Assembly (NCBI GenBank): GCA_963666215.2
Contig: CAXWPL010000004.1
Coordinates: 704,001 to 768,000 of the forward strand
Direction: 5' to 3'
Source of the DNA: Acidobacteriota bacterium
GTDB lineage: Bacteria > Acidobacteriota > UBA890 > WLXD01
Length of the DNA: 64,000 bases
Shown here: positions 9,222 to 19,331 of the stretch, one piece after another
Position numbering within the stretch: the stretch's first letter is position 1
How the letters are laid out: each line of letters starts with the position of its first letter
The notes under the pieces: model-generated
Told to the model about the DNA's origin: nothing
Seen by the model: only the letters and a program-made list of their open reading frames with translations
Databases searched by the model: none
Program-made: the position numbers and the translations under genes

Positions 9222-10644
9222 CCTGCTCGCCTCGGCTGGATTGAGCTCGCCCCACCGCAGCGAGCGCGTCGTCGTAGGCCTGCAGAATCTGCGGATACAC
9301 GCGGTCTGGCGCGAACGAATCGCGCACCGTCTGCAGCGCATTGCCGCCCGCTCGATTGCGCTCGTCGATGCTCGACAAGGCGTCGAGCGCCGCAGCCAGG
9401 TCGGCCGCGCTGTCCACCAGCCAGCCGTTGTCGCCGTGTCGAATCACTTCGCGACTGCTGCCGGTGGCCCAGGCCACAACCGGGGTCCCGAGCGACATGG
9501 ACTCGAGCATCACGCGCGACAGCGGCTCCTCCCATGCGCTCGGCAGCAGCACCGCCGCGGCCCCCTGCATGAGCGCCAGAAGACGATCGTGATCGGCCCA
9601 ATCGAGCCAGACGACATCGAGGCCGGCCGCGATTGCATCGCGCTCCAGCCGGTCGCGTAGGGGGCCACGCCCGGTTACCACCAGAGGCAGGCACGGTAGA
9701 TTCGATCGCAGACTCCGAGCCTCAGCGAGCGTCGCGATCATGCGATCGAATCCTTTGGCAGAGCTGATCTTGCCGGCCGCCAACAGGTAGCGACCGGGGT
9801 GGCGCGCGCCGAGAGCCTCGGCGGTCGCGGCAAGACCAGCGGCGACGCTTGTCGCCGCCGTCGCCGCTGTTTGCTCTGGATCGACGATGTTGGCAACAAC
9901 GCGAAGGTCAACGTCGGGCAGCCCCGTTGCCTGCAGAGCCATCTGCGGAGCGACCAGCGCGCGCATCGTCTCGCTTACGGCAATCAGCTTCGCCGGTGCG
10001 ATCTGAGCCCGCCGCGTCGACATACGCCGGCGCGCCCAAGGAACCAGGCCCAGCGCCAGCGGCCGCGGCAGGCGGTAGTTCTCGTTCATGCAACCAACCA
10101 GATTCCTCGCCGTGCAGCCGCTACAGCGCTGATCGCCCCACCAGGTTGTGCCGTGCAGGCAAACCGGCCAATGGTCGCGGATTGTTACCAGCGCGCCGCG
10201 CCCCGCATGGATGGCGGCGGCCACCGAGGCAGGGCCGCTGTGCAGGTGCTGGGCGTGCAGCAGGTCGATCTCAGGCTCCTCTTCCAGGATGCTGGCGAGC
10301 GCGGCTCGCAGCGCCCGGTAGGTGAAGTCGGGCCCACCGAGGCGCCGAGACAGCTTGCTACGCTCGGCACCGAGGCCGACGGTACGCACGTCGAAGCCGT
10401 CGTAGGTGCGCGACGAGTTGCGCGCGGTCGACCTGTCGACCTCGACGACACGCACCGTGTGCCCTTGGTCGCGTAGTGTGGTCACCAGTGAGTGCGTGCT
10501 CCAGCCGCTACCTCCACAGTCGGGCGGGTAGGCGTCGGTAACAATCATCGCCAACGGCGGCCGTCTTGCGCCTCTGGCGGGAATCAGGGGCGCGGTCTCC
10601 CTGGAATCCCCGGAATCCGCGCAGCGTTTCGTGTGCGGGCTCAC
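9214..10644 (-). CDS. GT4 glycosyltransferase with Cys-rich insert
   Basis: YPPDCGGSG, DHWPVC..CSGC..C, PSAWEEPLSRVMLESMSLGTPVV. Confidence 0.88.
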   Translation of the reverse strand: MSPHTKRCADSGDSRETAPLIPARGARRPPLAMIVTDAYPPDCGGSGWSTHSLVTTLRDQGHTVRVVEVDRSTARNSSRTYDGFDVRTVGLGAERSKLSRRLGGPDFTYRALRAALASILEEEPEIDLLHAQHLHSGPASVAAAIHAGRGALVTIRDHWPVCLHGTTWWGDQRCSGCTARNLVGCMNENYRLPRPLALGLVPWARRRMSTRRAQIAPAKLIAVSETMRALVAPQMALQATGLPDVDLRVVANIVDPEQTAATAATSVAAGLAATAEALGARHPGRYLLAAGKISSAKGFDRMIATLAEARSLRSNLPCLPLVVTGRGPLRDRLERDAIAAGLDVVWLDWADHDRLLALMQGAAAVLLPSAWEEPLSRVMLESMSLGTPVVAWATGSSREVIRHGDNGWLVDSAADLAAALDALSSIDERNRAGGNALQTVRDSFAPDRVYPQILQAYDDALAAVGRAQSSRGEQGG

Positions 10645-11906
10645 TGCCGCGCCTCCTCAACGGCGCGCAGCATGTCCTGCGCCCCGGCGCTCCACTGGTA
10701 CATGGAATCAACGTGGCGGCTTCCCGCCGCGCCGAGGCTGGCGCCCGCATCGGGAAGACTCAGGACACGCGCAACGGCGGCCGCTATGGCCGCGGGCTCC
10801 GGACGCACGAGGAAACCGGTCTCGCCGTCGATGACGTTCGCGGCCACCCCTCCCTCGTCCACCGCCACCACGGGCAGACCGCAGTACGCCGCCTCCATGA
10901 TCGAGAGCCCCAGCGATTCCTCGCTCGCCGCGTGCACGTAGCAGCGGGCCGCCCGGTAGCGCGCCGCGAGCTCGGCCTCGGGCACGAAGCCGGCGAAGCG
11001 CACGTGTGCTTCGACGCCGAGCTCAACGGCGAGCTTTTCGAGAGCCTGCAGCTCGGGCCCAGCGCCAACGATCTCGAGGACCTTCGGCGCTCTGATAGTC
11101 CTACTCGCCTCGAGGTCCACGAGGAGCTGGCCCGCCGGGGCAGGCTCGCTGGCCGCATCCGTGGACTCGACGGCATCGAGCTCGGCGAGGGCGCGGATCA
11201 CCAGGTCGACACGTTTTCGCGGATGCAGGTAGTTTACCGTAATCAGGTCGGTTGTCGCGTTGCCCCGGCGGCCACTAGCGTCGGTGGAGTCGGGCCCCTT
11301 CGCCGCGTCGAGACGGGCGCGATCGAGGCCGTGTGTAACCGCAATCGCTGGGCGCCCGTAAATCTCCTCGATGCGCGCCGCGGGGTACGGACCAACACAG
11401 GTCACAGCACCGGCTTGGCGGACGAGCCAGCGATCAAAAGCTCGATACAGAACCAACAGCGGCTTCAACAGCAGGCGCCACGGCCCGAGACGCTGCAGCA
11501 CCAATTCGTGATCTCGATAGAGGGCCCGCGGCGGCTCGAAGCTGTGCACCACAACGGCAACGCGGCTCCGTCGCAGCCTCAGGAGCGCCAGAATCGACGC
11601 CGCCGGGCCCACCAGCACGTAGGCGTCGGCCGCTGGGTCGAGCAGGCGCCTGAGCCTGCCGACGCGCGCGTAGTCGAGAACGGCGTTGAGGTAGTGGCTG
11701 CGCGACCACTCGAGTCGAATTCCCGTTTGCACCAGCTGCACACGGGAATCGAGCAGCGGCTCGCACGAGGTGTGGAACCGATGACACAGAATCCGCGGCT
11801 TGTGCCCGGCGTCGGCGAGCGCCCGTGCCAACTCCAGGATCGAGCGCTCGGCGCCCGAGAGAATCTTGAAGCGTGGGAACACGAAGTCCAGGCGCAAGCT
11901 GCTCAC
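10641..11906 (-). CDS. GT4 glycosyltransferase
   Basis: SGAERS, LHPRKRVD, EESLGLSIMEAAYCGLPVV. Confidence 0.88.
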   Translation of the reverse strand: MSSLRLDFVFPRFKILSGAERSILELARALADAGHKPRILCHRFHTSCEPLLDSRVQLVQTGIRLEWSRSHYLNAVLDYARVGRLRRLLDPAADAYVLVGPAASILALLRLRRSRVAVVVHSFEPPRALYRDHELVLQRLGPWRLLLKPLLVLYRAFDRWLVRQAGAVTCVGPYPAARIEEIYGRPAIAVTHGLDRARLDAAKGPDSTDASGRRGNATTDLITVNYLHPRKRVDLVIRALAELDAVESTDAASEPAPAGQLLVDLEASRTIRAPKVLEIVGAGPELQALEKLAVELGVEAHVRFAGFVPEAELAARYRAARCYVHAASEESLGLSIMEAAYCGLPVVAVDEGGVAANVIDGETGFLVRPEPAAIAAAVARVLSLPDAGASLGAAGSRHVDSMYQWSAGAQDMLRAVEEARQ

Positions 11907-13195
11907 CGCCGATCCGGGTTGGCGCGCTCGTCGTGGGACACTCGATCGTAGATCTCCTCGAAGCCGGCCGCTACACGGTCCCAGCCGAGGTCGGCGATGG
12001 CTCTCGCGCGCGCGCCCTGTCCGAGCCGCCCGGCCAGAGCCTCGTTGTCGAGCAGGCTCGCCAGCGCGTCGGCAAGCTGCTCGTGGTCACCCGGCGGTAC
12101 CAGCAGCCCGTCGACCTCGTGGCGCAGCACTTCCGGAATGCCGGCAACCGCGCTCGCCACCACAGGTGTGCCGCTCGCCAGTCCTTCGAGCAGAGTGTTC
12201 GGCAAGCCGTCGACGTTGCCGGACGCGTCGCGCACCGAGGGCACGGTGACAGCGTCGGCAGCGCCATAGTAGGCGGGAAGCTCGCGGTGCGGCAGCGCTC
12301 CGACAAGGTGTAGGGCCTCCGCCACACCGCTTTGGCTCGCGATGGCATGAAGTTCTGCGGCCAAGGGTCCGGCGCCGACAATGAGCAACTGAACGCCGGG
12401 ATGCCGCAGGCGCAGGCGCGGCAACGCGCCTACCAGAGTCTCGAAGCCCTTCTTGTGGACCAACCGTCCTACCGCGAGCACCCACGGGCTGTCGGGGTGG
12501 AGGTGGTGCCGTTCGGCGATCTGCCGCCGCTCCGCCGCCCGGCGATCGGGGCCCATCGGCGCGAAGGTGTCGACATCGACGCCGTAGGGCTGCCACGTCG
12601 GCGCGTCGGCGCCGAGCTCCCCGAGTCGGCGAACCAGGTCGCTCGAACACCCGGTGGTTGCGGCGGCCCGGCGCAGCGCGTAAGCGGCCAGTCGCCGTCC
12701 CCAAGCCGTGCGCTCGGCCATATAGACGCCACTACCGTGGCACGAGATCACCATCGGCGTGCCCGGCGCGCCTGCGGCCGCGGCCATGATGGGTGCGTTC
12801 GGCAGCAACCAGTGCGCGTGCACAAGATCGTAGCGTCGTGCCCGCATCAACCGGCGGATGTTCGCTGCCGAGCTCAGCGCCGCGGGAACCGCGGCCAGGT
12901 AGGCATCGAATCGCAACTTCTTGTCGGCATGCAAGCCTTGCGCGTAGCCCCACGGGTGCCAGGAACGGTACGGGCTGTAGCGAAACGCGTGTAGCGTCGC
13001 GAGCGTGTCGTCACGGTTCAGCTGCAGATCCGGGTGCCATGGAACGAGCACATCGACCTCGTGCCCGCGCCGCGCCAGTCCCTCGCTAATCTCGCGGATG
13101 AAGACAGCGTCGCTGGCGCCGGCATGCAGCGGGTAGGTCGTCGCCAGGTGCAAGACCCGCCGCGGCGTGGCGGCACGCGCGCTCGGCGCGGTCAT
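11903..13195 (-). CDS. GT4 glycosyltransferase
   Basis: VHAHWLLP, VGRLVHKKG, DGLPNTLLEGLASGTPVV. Start placed at ATG 13195. Confidence 0.88.
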   Translation of the reverse strand: MTAPSARAATPRRVLHLATTYPLHAGASDAVFIREISEGLARRGHEVDVLVPWHPDLQLNRDDTLATLHAFRYSPYRSWHPWGYAQGLHADKKLRFDAYLAAVPAALSSAANIRRLMRARRYDLVHAHWLLPNAPIMAAAAGAPGTPMVISCHGSGVYMAERTAWGRRLAAYALRRAAATTGCSSDLVRRLGELGADAPTWQPYGVDVDTFAPMGPDRRAAERRQIAERHHLHPDSPWVLAVGRLVHKKGFETLVGALPRLRLRHPGVQLLIVGAGPLAAELHAIASQSGVAEALHLVGALPHRELPAYYGAADAVTVPSVRDASGNVDGLPNTLLEGLASGTPVVASAVAGIPEVLRHEVDGLLVPPGDHEQLADALASLLDNEALAGRLGQGARARAIADLGWDRVAAGFEEIYDRVSHDERANPDRR

Positions 13196-13206
13196 CGCGT
13201 GAGCGC

Positions 13207-14067
13207 CTACTGTCGGCGCTCGAGCCGCATCAGCGCGATCTGCTCTGAGATGAGGCCGATCAGGAAGATGAACAGACTCGCGAGGCACATGAGCACCGAG
13301 GTGTTGGTCACCGTGGTGACCGTCGCGATCGTGTACACGCCGTTGCCGGCACCCACGGCGAACAGCAGCGCGGCGAGTGGCAAGAAGACCCGGAGCGGCG
13401 AAAACAGGGTCACGATCCGCAGAGTAATCAGGAAGAACTTGAGGCCATCGCGCAGCAGCCGGATCTTGCTGTTGCCAACGCGGTGAGAAACGTTGATCGG
13501 CTCGAAACCGACGCTGTATCCGGCCTTGATAAAGGCGAGCGTGCTGGTAATCGGATACGAGAACCCGTTGGGGTACAGAGGCAAGAACTCGAGCATTGGC
13601 ACACGTCGCGCCGCCCGGAAGCCCGAAGTGATGTCAGGAATGCGGCGTTCGGCGAGATACGAAGCCAGGCGAGTGTAGAAGGCGTTGCCCAACCGCCGCA
13701 GCAGTCCTCCGCCCGCGCCCTTGCTGCGTGTGCCGATCACCATGTCGTACTCGTCGAGTCGCGCAACGAGCTTGGCGATTTCGTGTGGATCGTGCTGTCC
13801 GTCGGCGTCGAGCAGGCACAGCCGCTCGCCCCTGGCCGCGCGCAGCCCGCTCTTGACCGCGGCGCCGTTTCCTTTGTTGTACGGATGCCGCACAACACGA
13901 GCGCCGGCATCTACGGCCGCCGCATGGGTGCCATCGTCGGAGCCGTCGTCGACGACGATGATCTCCCAGTCCGCCCCCGCAGGGAGCGCGTCGTGCATGC
14001 GCCGCAGAACGTCGCCGATGACCGCGCCTTCGTTATAGGCCGGGATGATGATGCTCACGTCAGGCAC
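13207..14067 (-). CDS. GT2 polyprenol-phosphate glycosyltransferase (DPM1/GtrB-like)
   Basis: IIIPAYNE, VVDDGSDD, DADGQH, DITSGFR and two C-terminal TM helices. Start is GTG 14067 or ATG 14082. Confidence 0.88.
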   Translation of the reverse strand: MPDVSIIIPAYNEGAVIGDVLRRMHDALPAGADWEIIVVDDGSDDGTHAAAVDAGARVVRHPYNKGNGAAVKSGLRAARGERLCLLDADGQHDPHEIAKLVARLDEYDMVIGTRSKGAGGGLLRRLGNAFYTRLASYLAERRIPDITSGFRAARRVPMLEFLPLYPNGFSYPITSTLAFIKAGYSVGFEPINVSHRVGNSKIRLLRDGLKFFLITLRIVTLFSPLRVFLPLAALLFAVGAGNGVYTIATVTTVTNTSVLMCLASLFIFLIGLISEQIALMRLERRQ

Positions 14068-15088
14068 GATCGCCTCGCACATGACCAGCGGGCGCGTCGG
14101 CGTCGCTATCGACAGAGGTGGCCCGCGCGGCAAGCAACCTCGCGGACTTCTCCGCGTCGGCGCGTCGCAGCAAGTAGAGGACTTCTTCCGTGAGCGTGCG
14201 GTTACTTGCCAACAGGTCCGCCAGCACCCCGAGGACAACCACCTGAAAGCCGACGATCGACAGGATCGCGGCCAGAATCAACGACTGGAGGTTGCCACCC
14301 GCTCCCTCGCGCAGTGCGCTGAGAACCAGAAAGCGCACGCCGAGAGCGACCGCTGCCACCAGGAAGAAGGCTCCAATCGTCAGAAAAACGCGCAGCGGCT
14401 GATACATCGTGTACGCGCGAGCCATCGCCCCGGTCGCCTGGGCCACGTAGCGACTGGTGCTGGCCGCAAGTCGCGAGGGGCGCTCGGTATGACGCGCACG
14501 TATCGGCACATCGACAATCTGGAGGCGCCGCTTGCCGGCCTGGATGAGGGTCTCGAGCGTGTAGCTGAACTCGCTGACGACGTTGATCCGCAGGGCAGCC
14601 TCGCGGCTGTAGGCGCGAAAGCCGCTGGTCGAGTCGGCAACGGTGGTTCCCGACAGGCGCCGCATCGTCCACGACCCGAGACGCTGGAGGAAGCGCTTAC
14701 CCACCGAGAAGTGACTCAACGTCCCCGGATCGCGATCGCCAATCGTGATGTCGGCCTCGGCCGCAAGGATCGGGGCGATCAGACGCGGGATGGCCGTCCC
14801 GTCATACTGGTTGTCGCCGTCGGTGTTGACAATCACGTCGGCCCCGGCACGCAGGGCGGCGTCGATGCCGGCTTTGAAGCCTCGGGCCAGGCCGCGCTGA
14901 CCCCGGAACCGAATGAGGTGATTGACGTTGTGCGCGCGCGCCACTTCTGATGTGCCGTCGGTGCTGCCATCGTCGATGACGAGGATCTCGACGGAGTCAA
15001 TCCCGTCGATCTGGCGAGGAATCGCCGCCAGCGTACTTGGCAGTGTCTTCGCCTCGTTGTGGCACGGAATCTGGATAACGAGCTTCAT
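14060..15088 (-). CDS. GT2 polyprenol-phosphate glycosyltransferase (DPM1/GtrB-like)
   Basis: QIPCHNE, IDDGSTD, DGDNQY, DSTSGFRAYS and two C-terminal TM helices. Confidence 0.9.
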   Translation of the reverse strand: MKLVIQIPCHNEAKTLPSTLAAIPRQIDGIDSVEILVIDDGSTDGTSEVARAHNVNHLIRFRGQRGLARGFKAGIDAALRAGADVIVNTDGDNQYDGTAIPRLIAPILAAEADITIGDRDPGTLSHFSVGKRFLQRLGSWTMRRLSGTTVADSTSGFRAYSREAALRINVVSEFSYTLETLIQAGKRRLQIVDVPIRARHTERPSRLAASTSRYVAQATGAMARAYTMYQPLRVFLTIGAFFLVAAVALGVRFLVLSALREGAGGNLQSLILAAILSIVGFQVVVLGVLADLLASNRTLTEEVLYLLRRADAEKSARLLAARATSVDSDADAPAGHVRGDRA

Positions 15089-15100
15089 CGGAGTGCGATT

Positions 15101-17851
15101 CTAGCGCTCGGAGCGGGCCGGCTGCGCTCCCCATACGATGCGATCGACCTTCAGGCCCAGCGACCGCCGGTCGCTACCGCCAAAGTCACCAGGCCGGACG
15201 GCTTCGGTTCGCAGCTCGAGGAACGGCACATTGGAGGAGTCGGCCGCGTCGGGCGACCCCGGCGCGGCCCTCCCCAAGTTCGCCGTTGACGGGCTCCAGC
15301 CGGAGATCGGTACCACATATTCCTGCCAGTCTGGCGCCAGCGAGAAACTGGCCAGTCGGCGACCCTCCAGGTAAACGTCCATGGACTGAGGGCGCGCGCG
15401 ATCGCCGTAGGGAATGTCGTCGGCGTCGGCGATGATCGTGACCGTTTGTGCGTCGGGCGGCAAGCCTTCGAGCCAGAAGCCAGCGGTGGCCTTGGTCCAC
15501 CTGTAGGTACGGCCGAGGTCGTCGACCTCGGCCTCGTGCAGGCTCTCACCGTCGATCGACATATCGTCCCAGTGACCGATGTCGAGCTCGTCGGAGTACA
15601 CATCGGCGACACAGGTCGGGCTCAGCCGGTAGACGCGTCCAACGATGGTGAAGTGTTCCAAGGCCGTCGGCAACGCTGGGGACAGGCCGCTCTCGACGCG
15701 GCGGAAGTTGGCGTGCTCAGCAAGCCGCGAAGTACTGATTCGGATCTCTCCAGCGGGTACCGAGGCGATGTGCGGACGGTTCACGTAGCCCGTCGTGACC
15801 AGATACACCGGACGCCGCTCCGAGAACGCCGGGGTCGTCAGCTCGCGGAGCATTTCGGGTGAAAGATCGGGCGACGGCAAGCGCACCACGTCGCGATGTC
15901 CGCCAATCGCGAGCGGGATCTCGAACCGCTCTAGACCACGGAGCGTTCGTGGCTCGAACAGCACAAGGCTGTCGGGCTCGAAGATTGCCTCCAGCTCGTC
16001 CAGAAGTGCGGCGGTGCCTGGCAGCTCTTCGTGCATGGCATACCGCAGCGTCACGTCGATCTGATAACGAGCAACTGACACCAGCAGCGCCAAGACCGCG
16101 ATCACCACACCCGCGTCGAGTGCAGCGCGCAACCGGGCGTGCGACCGTGACTCCGGGCCGGAAGGAAGCAACCAATGGACGCCAGCGCGCCCGCGCTCCA
16201 GGAGTCGCCAACAGCCATATGCGGCGGCGAGAAACCCGAACGGCAGCACCGCCGCGACCCAACGGCGGTAGGCCCACATGAGGCTGGGGACAATCTGCTT
16301 GTGCCACAGTGTGAGCGCCGCGACGAATAGCAGGATCCCCAGAATCGCCCCGGTGCCACGGTGCGCGCTCCGATCGTGCAGCAGCAAGACGGTTCCAAGC
16401 ACAGCAACCGCGAACATAAACGGAGTCACCACCCAGGCAAACTCGATGAGGTTGTAGACGTCCCAGACGTGGTTGACCGAGTCACCCGCCGCCAGCGCGC
16501 GTCCAGCGAGGCGCGGCCACCACCAGTAGCCAGCTACCGACAGCAGCATGATTGCAGCCGTGAGTCCGTGGCGGAACAACAGGCCCGCCCTGTTCGTAGC
16601 CTGCAAGAATGCGTCGACGCGCGCCCGACGCTTCTCGCCCGATGGGCTATTGGCGCGCCGATGCAATCCGAAAAGCAACGCGATATAGCCGGTGCCACCG
16701 CCGAACACGACGAGCCCGGCTGTGGCCAGACTCACATCGCGTTGCTGCACGAGGTCGTTGTAATAGGGGGCCAGCCAGCCGATCGCGTGCACACCGCTGT
16801 GGAGCGTCAATAAACCCAGAGGCACCCAGAGGGCGACCACCGCGGAACGATCGAGCGTGCCTCGCGCGGCGTCTGTTGCCAGAAGCACGGCGAGCGGCAG
16901 CAAGAAGACAATCGGTTCCGCCTTCGCGAGCATCATGAGCCCAAAGCCGGCGGCGGTCAGCAAACCAAAGAATGGGTCCGCGTGGCGCCGTTGCAGGGTC
17001 AACGCGTAACAGCCGACCATGAGCATCGCTTGAACGGCAATCTCGGCTGCCGAGTATCGTGCGAACCAGGCCTGCGCGAAATTGCCGGCGAGCAGCACAG
17101 AGGCAAGCGCTGCCACCGCGGGATTGAGCAAGCGGCGCACGAAAAAGAAGAACGCGATCGCCGAGAAGATCGCCAACAGCGCTGCCATGCTCCCAGCGAA
17201 AGGCGCACCCGCCAGATGCCCGACCGCCAGCCAGACTGGGAACAGCGGCAGGGCCTGAGGAATCACACGCCCTGCCACGCGATCGTCCATGTAGAAGCCG
17301 ATGTACCGCTGGGGCTCGGGTCCGCCTCGGCGTGGTGGAAAGAAATACTGGCTGGCCTCGGCGCTGAGCGAACGTGCCAGTGAGTCTGTTTTGGCGACGC
17401 CCCCCGTGTCGGCGATCTGTACACCAAAGTAGTGGTAGACCCCGGGATCGCGCGCCTCGAGACGTACGTCGAAGGCCGGCAGATAGAGATGGACGCCAAT
17501 CGCAATCAGCAACACCAGGATCGCCGGCGAGAAGTCGGCCCCGGAACGAATCCGGGGAGCGATGCGGTGTTCGCGCGCGCCGGGCCGTGCGAACGCGAGC
17601 GCCAGGGCGGCCGCGGCGGTAACCAGGGTGGCCACCAGGCTCCAGCGGCCGAACAACCCTGCCTCGGTCAGCAGCACCCCGACCCAACCCACCGCGCAAA
17701 CCCCGAGGGCCACCTTGGCGAAAGCGCGCTCGATCAGCGGCACAAAGCGGGCCGGTGAGCTCGGCCTGACTCCGAGCTCGTAGGCGAAATGGCCGAGGGC
17801 GAAAGCTGCGACGGCGACCAGCAGCACAAACCATGACCCGGGGTCGAGCAT
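15101..17851 (-). CDS. Multi-pass membrane GT-C fold glycosyltransferase (ArnT/PMT-like) with C-terminal beta domain
   Basis: 916 aa with many TM helices; an acidic DPGVY loop after the early helices; WFARYSAAE; soluble C-terminus with YRWT..WQEY. It lies next to two GT2 lipid-sugar synthases. Confidence 0.7.
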   Translation of the reverse strand: MLDPGSWFVLLVAVAAFALGHFAYELGVRPSSPARFVPLIERAFAKVALGVCAVGWVGVLLTEAGLFGRWSLVATLVTAAAALALAFARPGAREHRIAPRIRSGADFSPAILVLLIAIGVHLYLPAFDVRLEARDPGVYHYFGVQIADTGGVAKTDSLARSLSAEASQYFFPPRRGGPEPQRYIGFYMDDRVAGRVIPQALPLFPVWLAVGHLAGAPFAGSMAALLAIFSAIAFFFFVRRLLNPAVAALASVLLAGNFAQAWFARYSAAEIAVQAMLMVGCYALTLQRRHADPFFGLLTAAGFGLMMLAKAEPIVFLLPLAVLLATDAARGTLDRSAVVALWVPLGLLTLHSGVHAIGWLAPYYNDLVQQRDVSLATAGLVVFGGGTGYIALLFGLHRRANSPSGEKRRARVDAFLQATNRAGLLFRHGLTAAIMLLSVAGYWWWPRLAGRALAAGDSVNHVWDVYNLIEFAWVVTPFMFAVAVLGTVLLLHDRSAHRGTGAILGILLFVAALTLWHKQIVPSLMWAYRRWVAAVLPFGFLAAAYGCWRLLERGRAGVHWLLPSGPESRSHARLRAALDAGVVIAVLALLVSVARYQIDVTLRYAMHEELPGTAALLDELEAIFEPDSLVLFEPRTLRGLERFEIPLAIGGHRDVVRLPSPDLSPEMLRELTTPAFSERRPVYLVTTGYVNRPHIASVPAGEIRISTSRLAEHANFRRVESGLSPALPTALEHFTIVGRVYRLSPTCVADVYSDELDIGHWDDMSIDGESLHEAEVDDLGRTYRWTKATAGFWLEGLPPDAQTVTIIADADDIPYGDRARPQSMDVYLEGRRLASFSLAPDWQEYVVPISGWSPSTANLGRAAPGSPDAADSSNVPFLELRTEAVRPGDFGGSDRRSLGLKVDRIVWGAQPARSER

Positions 17852-17860
17852 CGCCTCAGG

Positions 17861-19288
17861 CTACACCTGCGCCGCCCGCGCAGCCGATCGCGGGAGCGTG
17901 CCGGCGAGCGCCTCACGAATCGGGCGGACGGAGTCTTCGACGGCGTGTGCCGGTACACAGGCGACCTGCATCCTCGCCCACACAGTGTGCCAAGCGGCAC
18001 TCGAGATGTCAGCAATCTCGGCCGCGTCGATTCCGCTTTGACCGACCCCAGCCGCTGCCTTCCGCTCGCGGGCGGCCGTTCTCAAGACACCGAGCAATTG
18101 ATCTGCCACCGCCTCCGGGCCGGGGCTGTTCTCCGCGAACCGACGGGCCGCGTCGGCTAGCCCGTTCCGGAGCGCAGCATCCTCGAGGAGCTCGCCGACA
18201 ACCCCCGCCAACGACGTTCCACCGCCGCGCCCCGGCTCCACCTTGGCAACGACACCCTCGGGGAGCGCCTCAAAGTGTGTTCCCCGCAGAAGCAAGACGG
18301 CCTTACCGAGCGCCATCGCTCGCTGCAGAAGCGCCATCTCTCCGGCCGTCGGGTCGTCGCGGAGGAACGCCACAAGATCGGCGTCCGGCAGGGCGGCGGC
18401 CTGACGCTCGTAGCCAGGCGACAGCAGCCAGTCGATACGTTCGAAAATTCCCCGCGCCAGCGCTGCCGGTGCGAGGTTGACGTGATAGGCGGGCTCGGGA
18501 ACACATACGCTTGTGCGCACGTCGGCGTGCGCTGCCAGCACGTCGGCCAGTCCGTCCATGGTCGGGCCAGGCCAGGCGAGATTCATACCCAGTATCAGCA
18601 ACCGAGGCGCCGCCGAGCCGCCGCCGCCGCCCGCGATATTCTTGGTGATCCCCACCGGAACGACGTCTATCCGGTTCGACGCGTTCTCGCCGCGAGCTCC
18701 GAGACTCTGGTGCAGCGCGTCGGCGATGGCCTGTGTGGCTGCGACGACGCGCAGTTGCGCCGACAACGGCACGGCCATGGGATCAAACCGAGAATAGTAA
18801 GCACGGCTGCCCCACCCTGCGGCGAGGATGTCGAGCAACTGCACGCCGCGCCCCGGGAAGCAGGCTTCGTGGAGTCGGTAGTACTCGTGCCACTGCCCAC
18901 GAATCGCCACGCCGCCCGCCTGCAGGTGGTGCAATACGGGGTCGAGGACCCAAGTCACGCCTGGCATCTGTGCCATCAACCCGTACGCCGGCTCGTACGG
19001 TTGGGAGTCGCGGCCGAGCGGGTACAAGCCGATATCGAAGGGCAGCGCGGCGTGCCGCCCTCGCAGGCGGAGGTAGTGATAGGTGGGCAGGGCAAGAGGC
19101 GGCGCAGCGCCAGAGGGCAACTCACCAAAAGCCTCCACGTCGACGGCGCGGCGCGAACCGAGCGCTTCGAAGGTTGCGGCCAGCGAGCGCCACAACGGCG
19201 CCTCGCGCTCGAGTGCGGGGAGCGCGAGTGCAACACGCAGCGACACCGCGCTCATTGCAGCGCTCCGCGTCGCAGCCCTCGTGAGCAC
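17861..19288 (-). CDS. Divergent GT4-like protein
   Basis: Resembles 23519-24901 (PGVTWVLDPVLH vs PGLLVLHDAVLH; RAMALGKAV). Start may be ATG 19255. Confidence 0.65.
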   Translation of the reverse strand: MLTRAATRSAAMSAVSLRVALALPALEREAPLWRSLAATFEALGSRRAVDVEAFGELPSGAAPPLALPTYHYLRLRGRHAALPFDIGLYPLGRDSQPYEPAYGLMAQMPGVTWVLDPVLHHLQAGGVAIRGQWHEYYRLHEACFPGRGVQLLDILAAGWGSRAYYSRFDPMAVPLSAQLRVVAATQAIADALHQSLGARGENASNRIDVVPVGITKNIAGGGGGSAAPRLLILGMNLAWPGPTMDGLADVLAAHADVRTSVCVPEPAYHVNLAPAALARGIFERIDWLLSPGYERQAAALPDADLVAFLRDDPTAGEMALLQRAMALGKAVLLLRGTHFEALPEGVVAKVEPGRGGGTSLAGVVGELLEDAALRNGLADAARRFAENSPGPEAVADQLLGVLRTAARERKAAAGVGQSGIDAAEIADISSAAWHTVWARMQVACVPAHAVEDSVRPIREALAGTLPRSAARAAQV

Positions 19289-19331
19289 GGATCGCTGAGC
19301 CCGGCCGCCCCTCGCACTCGGAGGATCGGCA

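Noticed and set aside
7956-9572. 538-aa plus-strand ORF, and similar long antisense ORFs (10566-11951, 35913-37595, 43955-45466, 29493-30566)
   Set aside because: They lie antisense to well-supported genes, have no motifs, and are expected shadows in high-GC DNA.
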